A DNA stretch of 64,000 nucleotides from Paraspadella gotoi (taxonomy: Eukaryota; Animalia; Chaetognatha). The notes beneath the pieces are model-generated. The model was not told where the DNA came from. It ran no database searches and saw only the letters and a list, made by a program, of their open reading frames with translations. Numbering within the stretch: the first letter of the stretch is position 1; each line of letters starts with the position of its first letter. A program made the position numbers and the translations under genes. Of this stretch, positions 1-11,971 are shown in pieces. The stretch spans positions 3,035,256 through 3,099,255 of the forward strand of contig CM119265.1 in NCBI GenBank assembly GCA_051294375.1, in the 5' to 3' direction.

Positions 1-240
1 AATTTCAGCATTTAGCTCAAAATTGCATTCATGTTTCAACATACTCGTAAAGATTCTCCCTCTATTCCTCATGAGGACAACACAAATGGAATATCGCTTA
101 AATTCAAAAATATATATTTATTGGGTAAAAATAAAAAAAATAGAAATAAAATAATTAATCATTATCTCTAATATATATCTCTGGGAGTGAATAAACGAGA
201 GTGTGAGAGAGTCTTGATTGAAAGCTTGAAACCCCCAAAG

Positions 241-322
241 CCTGTCCAAAGTAAGGGGCAAGATGGCTTATTTATTAAATGAATGGATAATTTTTATTTT
301 GGTTGTACCAATTTCATAAATA
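241..322 (-). repeat. Dispersed repeat family C (other copies at ~700-775 +, ~7631-7705 +, ~60192-60300 +, fragment ~44328-44350 -)
   Basis: Shared core GTACAACCAATATAAAAATTATT...CTATCTTGCCCCTGACTTTGG. Confidence 0.7.
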
Positions 323-343
323 TTTATTATCTTCCTTTTTCAG

Positions 344-3300
344 ATCCTCTTCCTCTCCGAATCTCTTTCCATCGAACGCCGCACCGCCGCTGCTCTGCGG
401 AGCAAAGCGGAGGCGGCGATGGCGGACGCGGAGGTGCTGAAGAGGGAATTGGGCGACGCTCGGCGGGAAGCGGCGGCGGCGGCGAAGGAGGCGGCGAAGG
501 AGGCGGATGATCTGACCGTCAAAATGGAGGTCTTGGAAAAGCTGCTGTTCGAGACGGACACGGAGAAGATCGAGCTGCAGGTGAGGTTTATGGTAAGGTA
601 AGGGAGATGCCGTCGAATGCCGTCGGATGCCGTCGGATGCTGCAGACGTTGTGGAACCAATAGAGTGAATAGAAAAACGAGGCGTCTCTTTTATCATTAC
701 AAACAATATTTATAGAATTATCAATTTATTAAATAAATAAGCTATCTCGCCCCTGGCCTCCATCCCTCTTACAACGTACTTACATAGCAATAAATTAATA
801 AACAGTTAAAACTGAACTGTCAAATTTTAAAAATATATCTAAATTTTATTGAAATTTTAAAAATATTCAAATTCCTTTTTTTAAGTTTTTAAACAATTTT
901 TTTTTGGTTTGTTTACTTTTCGTTTCTAGGAGACGGTAGAGGAGCTTCGATCGCTTATCGACGCCGACGCAAAGTCCGACCTTCCGACGAAACTCCGAGC
1001 GGATTCTCCGATGCAGTCACGTGACGAATCGGCGATGCAGTCACCCGATCGCACGGCCATGCAGTCGCGTTACTACGACGCGATGCAGTCCTTTGACGAT
1101 GAGTTGCAGTCCGAGGATGTGACCAAGTTACAATCGAATGAGTCGGAGATGCGATCGAAGGCACTCGAGTCGTTCGTCGACTCCTTCGTCCACGCAGCCA
1201 TCGACGGCGCGTTGGAGGACATCCGGGTGGCGATCGAAGAGATCGAGAAAGAAGACGACGACAACGACAACGAATTGATGGCGGAAAGCAACGACAACAA
1301 CAACAACAACGACAACTTCGCGACCGGTTGGTCTCTGGGCAAGATCGAGGAGCTCTTGCAGGAATCTTCCGTCGGCGACGCCGTCGACGCCGGTTCGAGG
1401 AACAACAACAAAGACGCCGGCGACGAGGAAGACGATGACGTCGCCGCCACGACGCCGTCTTATCTCGATCTCCAAAAGCGGCGCGATTCTGAGCAGCTGC
1501 GGCGCCTCAATATGAATCTGCAGACGGCGCTCTTTGATTTGCGGAGAGAGAGAGAGGAAGCGGAGAAGACGAGGGAGAGGATGAAGGAGGCGGAGGAGGA
1601 GATGGAGAAGACGAGGGAGAGGATGAAGGAGGCGGAGGAGGAGATGGAGAAGGCGAGGAAGAGGGCGAAGGAGTTGGAGGAGGAAATGAAGAGGAGGGAG
1701 AAGAAGAGGAGTGAGAGGGAGGAAGAGATGGCGGAAATGGTGAGAGAATTGGAGAAAGAGGTGGAGAGGGAGAGGAGGGAGGGAGAGGGGTGGAGGGAGG
1801 AAGCGAAAGAGGAGAAGGAGAGGAGAAAGAGAGAGGAAGAAGGGAGGAAAGAAAAGAAAGAAGGAGAAGAGAAAATTGTTCAAAATGGAATTAATTGAGA
1901 AAAGTGGAGAAGAATTATCCGATATAGAAAAGAAGATGGAAATAATGAAGAAAAGAGATGAAGAAAGAGAAGAAGAAATGGAAGAGATGAAGAATCAAAT
2001 GAAACGAATGAATGAAGAGGAGAAACAGAGCAAAGAAGAAATGACAGAAATGGAAAATGAAATGGCGAGAATGAAGAAAGCCGAAGATTACAGCTCGGAA
2101 ATGATGGAAGGAATGGAAAAAATGCATCTAGCCGAAGTGGAAAAGATGGAAAATGAAGTGGAAAAAATAAAGAGAGAAAATGAGGACTGTAAAGAAAAGA
2201 TGAGAGAAATGGAATTTGAAATGAAGAGAATTAGAGAGAGCGAGACAGTTGAGAAAGTTACTTTGTTGGGAAGCAACGCGACACAAATCGAGAGAGAAAA
2301 GGATTTGGAACTTGAACTGGAAATTGCGAGGGAAGCAGAGAGAGAGGAAAAACGTCGAACGGAAGAACTGGAAAAGGAAGTGGAAAAACTGCTTAAAAAA
2401 TGGAAGAGGGAAGAGGAGAACGCGATAGAGATGGAGAGGGAACTGGAATTGGCTAGAAGGCGGGAGAGGAGCGATTTGAATATCGAAGAACTGCTGGAAC
2501 AATCGAGGAAAGAAGAGACGGACAAGGAAAACAAATTGAGAGAAGCGGAAAGAGAAGTGGAAATGTTGAGGGAGGCCGAGGAGAAGTGGGAGAGGAAGAA
2601 TCTGGAGCTGGAAACGGAAGTGGAAAAGATAAGTCGGGAGGCGAAGAAGTGGAAAGAGGAGGCTAAAGAGTTAGAAGAAGAAATAAGATTCCTCAAACAA
2701 GAAGGAATAATTAGAGAAAGAAAGATTAAAGATTTAGAGACAGACGTGGAAGAAAGGAAATTGACGGAAAATGAGATACGGGTGACGTTGAAGGAAATTG
2801 AAGATCGAATAGAAGAAGAAAGAAAAATGAAAGAGGAAAATGAAGCTAAAATGAAGAAAATAGAAAAATCAGACGATGAAATGACCATAAAAGAAATGAA
2901 AAGAGATCTGGAAATGGCGAGACAAGGTGACCGGGACAAAGCGAAAAGAATTCAGGACATGGAACGAGAGATCGAACGAGCATGGCAAGTTGACCTCGAA
3001 AAAGCCAAGAAAATCCAGGACATGGAGAAGGAAATTCATCGGGCAGGACAAGATTATGAGGACAAAGCGAAGAAAATCGAGGACATGGAGAAAGAGATCG
3101 ATTACTTAAGGAAAATGTCGGGAGAAAGTCGACGATCTTTGGTTGCGAGAAATTCCGATTCAGATTTGCGAAAATTGCAAAACGAAGCTCTGGTACGAGA
3201 AGAAAACAAAATGGCGGAAAAAGAAAACAAAATGGCTGACGTTTCGCGATATTCAGAATTCGAAAACGCTATCGACGCGTCCGAGGCGAGGATCGAGGAA

Positions 3301-4884
3301 ATGCCTCCGCCGCCAGCGCACCCTCGACTCCCGTCCCACCCTCCGCCGCCGCCGCCGCCGCCGCTCGATCCCGACCTTTCTTCCCTCGAACTCTCTCTCG
3401 CCGCCCTTCGCCGCCGCGAGAGGCGCCTCCGCCAAAGAGACGAGGTGCGCCGCGGACGCGACGAGACGATGCGGAAGTCGATGGAAGATCTCTACAGGAA
3501 GTTGGAGGACGTCGTTTGTGGGAGGCGGGGAGGGGAGGACGACGAGGGGAGGTTGGTTGGGGTATTGGAGAGATTAGGAGGAGGAGGAGGAGGAGGAGGA
3601 GGAGGAGGAGGAGATGGGAAGAAGGAGAAAGAATCGGACAAATCGGAACGACTGAAAACTAAAATACTCACCTTACAGGTCAGATTTACATTTTCACACA
3701 GTTAATAATGCTACAATTTTACAATGAATAATGATAATTGAGTGTCTTCGAATAACCGCTAAACAAAATGAAAACTTTTGAGGTTTTCATTTATTTATTC
3801 AATATTTATTTATTTGAAGTTACATAAGGGAGAGGGGGTCACCCTTTGACGAACTGGGTAGACCCAACCGTTTATGCGTCCAGTTGGTCGGGGAGATTTG
3901 CTTTCCGGAACTTCGGATCCGTTGGTAAGCTTGGAAAGGCTTGCTCACGGTGATTTAACCGGCCCCAGGCGACGACACTTTTTTGCAAGGACCAGTGCTG
4001 AAGAACCCGGGACCATTGGGCTCGTTAGCCCTATTGATGCAATATTGCTAGTGGGCTCATTACTTCCCCCTCGACTTCAGGCGAGCGAGAAGAAGCTTCG
4101 AGAGCGCCTCTCCAAGTTCTCCGTCCAGCGGAGCAACATGAAGATCCAGTTGGCCGCAGCCGCCGACGCCGAAGCCAAAACCCGAGACGAGAACCACCGG
4201 CTGCGTTGGGAGTTGAAAAGCCTCGTCGAGGAGTCTGAGCGGAAGGAGGCGGAGGCGAAGCAGCTCGCCGAAACTCTACAGGACGAGCGACTCCAACATC
4301 GGCGCCGCACCGGCGAACTCGAGGACCGCCTCCAGCAACACCGTCTGCAGTTCTCTCGCCTGCGGGAGGAGCTTGAGCAACAGGTCGACGCCGTGGATCC
4401 GAACGATCGGCCCGAGACGCAGCAGTTGAGGTTGCAACGGCTGCAGATCGCGGACCTGCAGCGAGAGCTAATGGTTGGCGGAGAGAAGACGAGCGAGTTG
4501 AGGGACGAGAACGCGGCGCTGCGGAAAGAGATGCAGGAAAGAGAGACACGGCTGCAGAAAGAGTTGGAGGAGCAGAGTCGACGGTTCTTAGAACGGGAGC
4601 AGGAAATGCAGAAAGAGTTGGAAGAGCAGGGGCGTGTCTGGGAGGAGCACAGGAGAATCTTCGAGGAGCGAAAGGTGCAACTCCAGCGAGAGATAGAGGA
4701 GGCGAAGAGGAGGGCGACTAGGAAGGGGGAGGAGGTGAAGGCGTTGGAGGAGAAGGCGAGGAAGATGGAAGGGAAGGGGATGGAGGTAGGGAGTGGAAGG
4801 GTGAGGGTTAAAAAGAAAGAGGGAAAGGATGGATGGCAAGTAGCTGATAGAGATGGATACAGGGAAACTGTTAATGGAAATTGA
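344..4884 (+). CDS. Large Glu/Lys/Arg-rich coiled-coil protein, multi-exon, 5' end probably outside the window (exons ~344-580, 930-3678 with a +1 frameshift near 1872-1875, 4081-4785/4884)
   Basis: GT-AG sites at 343/581, 929/3679 and 4080 join ORFs 419..601, 1011..1898, 1876..3705 and 3874..4884. The product is heptad-like and E/K/R-rich with internal repeats (EKTRERMKEAEEEM x2, ~21-aa KIQDMEKEI units) and a poly-Pro tract. No family recognised. Confidence 0.75.
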
Positions 4885-5671
4885 AACTGCCAAGTGCAAA
4901 AGAATTATCTTACTTGATCGGCTCTAATCAAAAAGAAAATAATCGAGTTTATTATGTAATTGTTTTTTCTTATTGATGATGATGTATTACGATTGAAAAC
5001 GGGTTAAAGTACTAAAGTGTAATAATTGACTGTAAATTGTTTTTTAAAAAAATTGTAAAGAAAACTGTATAAAAGTGCTCATTAATCAAATATATATTTA
5101 TAAAAATTAAAGGTGACTTTTTGAGTTATTGACAAAATTTTACAATGGAAAAAACACTGTTCATTTGTTAAAATTTATTTCTCTAGTATAACAAGTGATT
5201 AGATGTCTCTCCTCGTCTTCCAAATTCAACCACGGAATTTTAGAAACAAAAGGCAACGTAACTTTTTTTTCATTCGACTGGGAAAAACGCCGGTCGTTTA
5301 CGTATTCATTGGGTCGTTCCCGAAGTTACTTGATCACAATCGTGTATGATGTTCCTTTCTCACTTGTATTTGTCTTTATATTTTACGATCTTTATTTCAG
5401 AATGATTATTAATAATGAAATTAGTCCAAGTCGCGATAATTTTAGCAAAATCTTCCGACGTCGCCATGACCTTGTGACAATGCCGAGCGCGGACGAAGAG
5501 CCGTGGCCGTGATGACGATCGGCCGAGCGTCTCACGAATGATCTACGGAAACAAAACAAATTTTGGACGGTTACTTAATTAAGCCAAGGTGAGTTGGAGT
5601 CGGTGACGGATCATTTCCAAGTCCGAATTTGTAACTTGCTTTATTTTTCCGTCAGATCGTCTTTCAACCAA

Positions 5672-8600
5672 ATGGCGGAATCCGTTACGCCTTCGTCCTC
5701 TTTACTCGCGACTCTGCGCAGCTACGTTTTCTTGCCGTCCGTGCCCAAGTCCTTCACCGTTCCAGGTATCACACGTTTCGTTTGAGAATGGACCCCATTG
5801 TATAACCGTTAAACGGCATTTGACAGTTTTAATGATAATAGAAGCGCCAGTTTTATTTCAATATTGAATGTGAAATATTAAAATTCAAGAATAAAAGTAG
5901 GTAATTTACTATCATAAATTGATATCATAATTGATTTTCTTCTGTTAAGGTTTTGGGACGATCCTCTTCCCCTCCTTTTCTCTCTTCACGGAAAAATGGA
6001 AGGAACTTTCGCGAAGGACAAAGTGGACGATCGTTTTGGGAGGAATCGGACTCGGTCAGTTTTATTCTTTAAATTAAATTTAAATTAAATTAGTTTCTGT
6101 TTAATTAAATTATATACGTCGTTCCTTTTTATTTATTATTTAACACCATAGATACAATAATCCGTAGTAACCTTTGTATTAAGTTAAGTATTAAGTATTA
6201 AGTTATAATTAACCTCTGTCCTTAACCTTTTTGGCCGCGCCAATTTCACTTAAACTATCTTCTCTTAGGACTCGTGGCGCACTACATTCGACGCCGCGCC
6301 GCCGGCACGCCCTCGACGGCGTCCTCGCGGCGGCGTCGTCCGCGAGACTGGGAGTCGCGCGGGCGGGGCGGCGTTTCTGGGCGGCGAAGAAACCCGTCGT
6401 TTAATTCGCGTGAGTTGAATGATAATAATCTCAATGCATTCTGTATTATTTATAATCATTGAATGAATAAATATTTCCCCTAATGGTACCGTTCTTCTAC
6501 TATTAACTTTATTATATTGTGTATTACGTATTTAATAAATACTATTTATTAATATATTATTATATTAATCCTACGGTTAGCTTTTCCTAAACCTTGCACT
6601 CCCTCCCCTTGTCTTTACGGGTAGGTTCTTGGTAATTTAATTAGTAATTATTGCTAATTAATATTTTAAAAAATTGGTCGATAATGATTAGTATACAAGG
6701 CGTTTTCACTTTCAGTCTCCCACTCCGTTGCTGAGTCCTCAACCTCTGTCGCCGGAAGCATCTATAACTCGCTCGGTTTCGGGTCTCGGCCGCCGGCGAC
6801 GCGCTGCGGCGGCGGCGGCGGAATCGGCGGCGGAGATGGCGCCGCGTCAGTCGTCGCCGTCAACGTCAATCCGGAACAACTCTGCAAAATGGGTCAGTCC
6901 AATTAAGGCATTCGAAAGGCCGTTAGATCGAAGTACTAAATTAAGTATTTTATTTAAAATTTGATTTGGTATATGTTGATCTCGCTAACTACTAAATTAT
7001 AAATGATGTTTATGCAACCCTGGTCGGTGGTCACTGGTCAGGATCCCGCCTTCCGTTTTCGTAAAAGTTATTGTAGCCGAAGCTAATTTTTTCCCCGGGA
7101 AATTCGTGCGGCGGTTGTCCCAAAAAGTTTTTCAAGACAAAAAGATATTCAAGAAAAAAGGGGTTCCTTAAGTACAGACGCCATTTGTTCGCCATTATCT
7201 CTGACTTTGTCTTAAAAGGCTCAAAGATCTCTCAACTTTAGAATCGCAAGTCGATCAAAGTCTTATATCCTAATGAAGGGGGTTACGATCTTTCACTGAT
7301 TAAAATACATTGAAATGCACACTTCTTAAACATAGAAAACAGGGTAGAAAAGTGACGTAATGTATTAAAACTCATATGTAAATATCGATATTTAAGTTAT
7401 TATTTACGACCCAGCTGCTTTTAATGACACAGTTGTAGTTGAAGCGTTATCGATCGATCCTTGGACCTCGCCCCTCGACTTGAACGCTTTGATGGTTTTC
7501 TCCTATTTATTTTTTCTCTTTTTTTTTCTGAACTGGTTTTTCGTTTTTCGCTTCAGATTCTCAGCGTTCTCTGCTTTTAATTGAAACTGAAAGCCTTTTT
7601 TTAATATTATGTTTTACTTATTGTATAAATATGTTATGATATTGTTACAACCAATATAAAAATTATTTATCCATCGACACGAGCTATCTTGCCCCTGACT
7701 TTGGGCGGGCTAATATTTAATTCTATTATAAGATGACGTATAAACTCTTTCGCTTTTCCAACTAATATTTAAAAGTACGAATTTAACTTTGTATATTTAA
7801 TATTNNNNNNNNNNATTTTATGAATCGTCGTCGAATTGAAAAAAAAAAGACTAAGCCTTTCGTCGAAGGCTTAATCCATTTATAACTAGTTTGACGTAAT
7901 TGTGCCAAGAGTTCAAGACATAATACGCGGCGGAAGAATTTAAACCGAATCAATTCTCATGTAATCGAATTAATTTCTGTGNNNNNNNNNNTCTCCGCCT
8001 CTTCCGCTTCTGACTCTTCGACGAATGAAGGAAGAGCATCGCCCCGTGGAAATGCGGGCCCGTCGGTGGTTGTCGCTTCGATGCGCCTCCGTCGTCCTGG
8101 TCACGCTGCTCTTTCTCTTCGTCGTCAAATTCGTTTTGGACCGTGACGCTTACGTGCCCTCGAGGTTCGCCGGGAAAATGGGGGGCGGGGCCGGAGCCGG
8201 AGCTGGTCTTGATCGATCGATTCTTCGTTCTCAAGAAAATCTTGGTATTTTATGAATCGTCGTCGAATTGAAAAAAAAAGACTAAGCCTTTCGTCGAAGG
8301 CTTAATCCATTTATAACTAGTTTGACGTAATTGTGCCAAGAGTTCAAGACATAATACGCGGCGGAAGAATTTAAACCGAATCAATTCTCATGTAATCGAA
8401 ATAATTTCTGTGAAAATATTCTCAAGTCCCGAGTAATATTTATCCTTTATAGAAAATTTAATTTTTAAGTGAGGAAGAATCGTTCGATCAAAACTTACCC
8501 ACTCCATCACCTCGACAGCAGCTCGGTCCACCTTACCCATCGAAGCCATCGTTTTGCCCTCCACTCGAAGCGCGTCACATTGCCCGCCGAATTCGCCGTC

Positions 8601-11600
8601 GTTCGCGCCGTCGTCACCACTCCCACCTCCGACTTCGATCCAAAACGGAAACTCGGTTTTATTCTTCATAAAAGTAAATTAAAACGAAATTGATCCATGA
8701 CGTTAGATATTCAACTTCGGAAGGGCTTTCGACAGAATACGGAAATGTTTTCCTTTCGCTTTACCAGGGTTTTGGTTCGTGCAAAGTTTTTACACTTGAC
8801 AATTTTTTACTTGGCGCCGTCTGATATTGCTTGTAACAACATTAATACACGCCCCCCTCAACTTTCCTAAATCTTGTTTTGTTTGTAAATAGATTTCATT
8901 TCCCATTTAATCGAACTTCAAAACAGACACTTCTGCTTTTTTTTGCCATAGCGTTGTACCCAATTTTAAAAATTTGGATTTAAATCCGTCAGTCAAAAAA
9001 ATTCTCTCGGATCGTTTACATTCTTCGGATTTTTATTTTCGCCAGTCAATTAGGTTATAAACCTTCTCCTCCTCCTCCTCCTCCTCTTCCCGCTCCCTTT
9101 TTTTACAACAGGCCACGAGTGCTTGGAGCAAGCAGTGACCTACTGGGAGGATGCCTTGGACCTGCTCGAGTTCTTGCCCGGCGAAGGCGGAGTCTCTGGC
9201 CCTCCAGCCATTCCCACCGCCGCGGAAGCAAAGCTTGCCAGGGACCTGCAGGTTCTCGTTAATTTCTATTTGTTGAAATGAATTTTTAGTTTTAATTGAA
9301 ATTATCGTGACTGCAATTCATCGCCTACATTTGTTAAATTAGTATGCACTTCCTGTCAAGGGTCAACGCTGACAAAGGGAGATTAATGGATTTTGAATTA
9401 ATTGAATAATTTTATCCGGAAGGAGTTATTGCTGATTGTTGAAGTCTCATTGACTAAGTTTTCTTTTGGGAGTAATTTTTCACTTTTTTTTACGTACATG
9501 GCTGTAAAAAATAACAAATTCTTGCTCACCCGATATCGTGAGGAAAAATATTGATTTATATTTATTCGGAAGTGAGCAACTTAATGTTTTTTCCCTTGTC
9601 ATCCCAAACGCACACACACCAGGTTCTCCTGGAAAGGGCGTCGGCGATCGCGTCCGATCTTCGTGAGAACGTCATCAAACCCGCCGAGGGCCTCGAAATA
9701 CTCAGGAAGAAAAGTCAGTCTGTTTTTATATATACTTTTAACTAAGCTTCTCTAATCTCTAAAAATTACTCCCCCCCCCCAGGCACGACGGTCTCCGTCT
9801 CTTCCATTGATCATCTCCACCAACTGTTGGACACGGCCTCGACGGTCTCGGCGGCGTCGGGATCTCGGCGTCACTCGGAGACTTCGGACGCGGAGAGTTT
9901 CGTCAGCGCCATCTCCGACATTTCGTTGAGTCGAATCTCGACGGGGTCCTCACAGGAGACGATGGTGAAAGAGAAAGGGGGTGGCAGGGATGCAGAGCGG
10001 CTGATGTCTTTAGTTTTCTGTATTTTAAGTCTCGTTCCTTCAATCTTCAGCTTCCGAACGGAAACGCCAACGCGGAGATCGTCTTTCCTCTCTACCGCGC
10101 CGGAATTGTCGAGGTTGACGCCGTCGGCGTGGCCGTAAGAAAGCTCAGGTAAGCTTAGAAATTTCCAGAGAGGCGCTGGATCTAAACTTTAGCCGTCACT
10201 TTTTTTCTTAACTCGAAGTCATCGCTCCTCTACCGGATTCTTTTCTCCCCCCTCCCCGATTCGCCAGAACCAAGATGCTCAACTGCTCGAGCGATCGGGA
10301 CTTCCTCGCCAAACTCGTGGGCGTCCGTCGCGCCTTCGACGTCCTCCTGGCGCAAGACTCGATCCGATCCTGGTTCGTCTCCACGGGGAGGAACTTGATC
10401 GGGGATCTCATGGCCAGCGCCGATAAGGATCCCTCGGGTGAGGATTTTGGAATTAGAGGGGGATGGAAAGGTAAGGTTAAGATAAGGGCGAAAATAGAAA
10501 AAGGGTAAGTTAATGGTAGTTAATGAATTCAGTAGAAAATTCACAAACGAAAGAGTTGCGGAAAGGATAAGTGACAACAACTTGATGTCGAATCCGGTTT
10601 AAATTGAACCTCGAACCCCGCAGCCTTTTACAACGCCTTCGACGACCTCATCGACTACGCCAATTCCCCCGATTCTTTCGCCAAAACTCGTCAGGAGCTC
10701 GAAGCCAGACAAGTGAGTCTCTTCAATTCCTCCCACGTTTTTCTTCTAGTTTTATCCCGCGTTTTTCGTTGAGGTCAAGTCCATGAACTTCTACGACGTG
10801 GTACTCGACTTCGTCTTCCTCGACGCCTTCGACGATTTGGAGAATCCTCCAGGATCCGTCGTCTCCATCATCCAGAATCGGTGGTTGTCCTCGGGATTCA
10901 AGGAATCGGTGAGGGTCGATACAGGGCAGAGGGAAGATATTTATAAAGACGAGTCTTCTTTATAAACCTTATATTTGCTCTCTCGTCGCAGGCTCTTCAA
11001 ACTGCCGTGTTTTATGTGCTTAAGGTGAGTTCGGAGCTAATTAAATTGTAAATATTAGTTTAAATTATCCTATTTTCTCACATTTAAAGATTAATGATTA
11101 AGAGTAAAATTCGCCCCTTATTTCCAGACGAAGAGACATTCCCTAAAGTTCTCGGACGGGTTCATGTCGCATTTCTACGATGTCTCCGAACACGTGACCC
11201 CCTTTCTCGCCTGGGGGTTTCTCGGGCCAGACCTCTCGCTCAACAGACTCGTCAAACACTTTCACGTGAGGATTAATCGCTTTCGATCTTCACGTTCACG
11301 ATCATTTTTCTTCCGTTGAATTAAGTTGAAATTTAATTAATTATTGCCGTTGAGCTCTAACCTATCAACAGTAGGAATAAATCACTGTTCGTACTGTTGC
11401 GAGATCAATCTCTTTTCTCGATAAATCTAATCTGTTAATTCGACGTCTCACGCCGATGGCGTGATAATCCCTGTCATCCCTCCAGTGCTTTTAAATAAGA
11501 TTAAGAAAAGCAAACATTTGTTCTTAATTTAACATAGGTCTTTTCCCGTCCAGTTTTCTCGTTTGAAATTGTGGGAGACGAAATTTGTTTCATATAAATT

Positions 11601-11821
11601 CTGAATTCTTGTCGAAGCGAAAACTATTACAATGTATAGTAATTATTACTAAATAGATTAAATTATAAATGATCCACAATCCCCGTTTCCGTCTTTGGTT
11701 CTCAGGATCACCTCCTCGGCTTCATTCGTGACTCCTTCTCACTTCATCGGGTTCGATACTCGTCCGTCGACGATCTCAAATCCGACATCTTGCGAATCGC
11801 GCAGATGAGACTGGATCAGGT

Positions 11822-11893
<72 letters not shown>

Positions 11894-11971
11894 TCTCAAC
11901 GCCTCTCAATCTCCTCGCAGGTGACGGCGTTGATGGAGAGTCGTTCCAGCAGCGCGCCGTCGACGCCGTGA
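5672..11971 (+). CDS. MIGA: Mitoguardin (FAM73/MIGA), mitochondrial outer-membrane lipid-transfer/fusion protein, ~15 exons
   Basis: Spliced translation gives an N-terminal TM region (WTIVLGGIGLGLVAHYIRRR), LCKMGHECLEQAVTYWEDAL, FFAT-like SDAESFVSA, CSSDRDFLAKLVGVRRAF, NFYDVVLDFVFLDAFDDLENPP..IQNRWLSSGFKES and HFYDVSEHVTPFLAWGFLGP. All are recognisable FAM73 motifs. Stop TGA at 11969-11971. Confidence 0.93.
7805..8412. other. Assembly gaps (7805-7814, 7982-7991) flanking a ~167-bp near-identical duplicate of 8247-8412
   Basis: Sequence 7815-7981 is repeated at 8247-8412 with only an A-run length difference and one substitution seen, and it is bounded by N runs. Confidence 0.9.
8025..8244 (+). 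CDS. Orphan first coding exon of a type II membrane protein (short basic tail, TM, Gly/Ala stem), lying inside MIGA intron 4 next to assembly gaps
   Basis: MKEEHRPVEMRARRWLSLRCASVVLVTLLFLFVVKFVLDRD..., GC-rich, ending at G|gtatt. No downstream exons were found. Confidence 0.4.

Noticed and set aside
1073-2939. Long minus-strand ORFs (1128..1883, 2088..2939)
   Set aside because: Antisense shadows of the purine-rich coiled-coil exon, with Leu/Ser/Phe low complexity.
7815-7981. 167-bp direct repeat as an LTR pair
   Set aside because: Bounded on both sides by N gaps with no TG..CA ends or PBS, so most likely a redundant haplotype contig.
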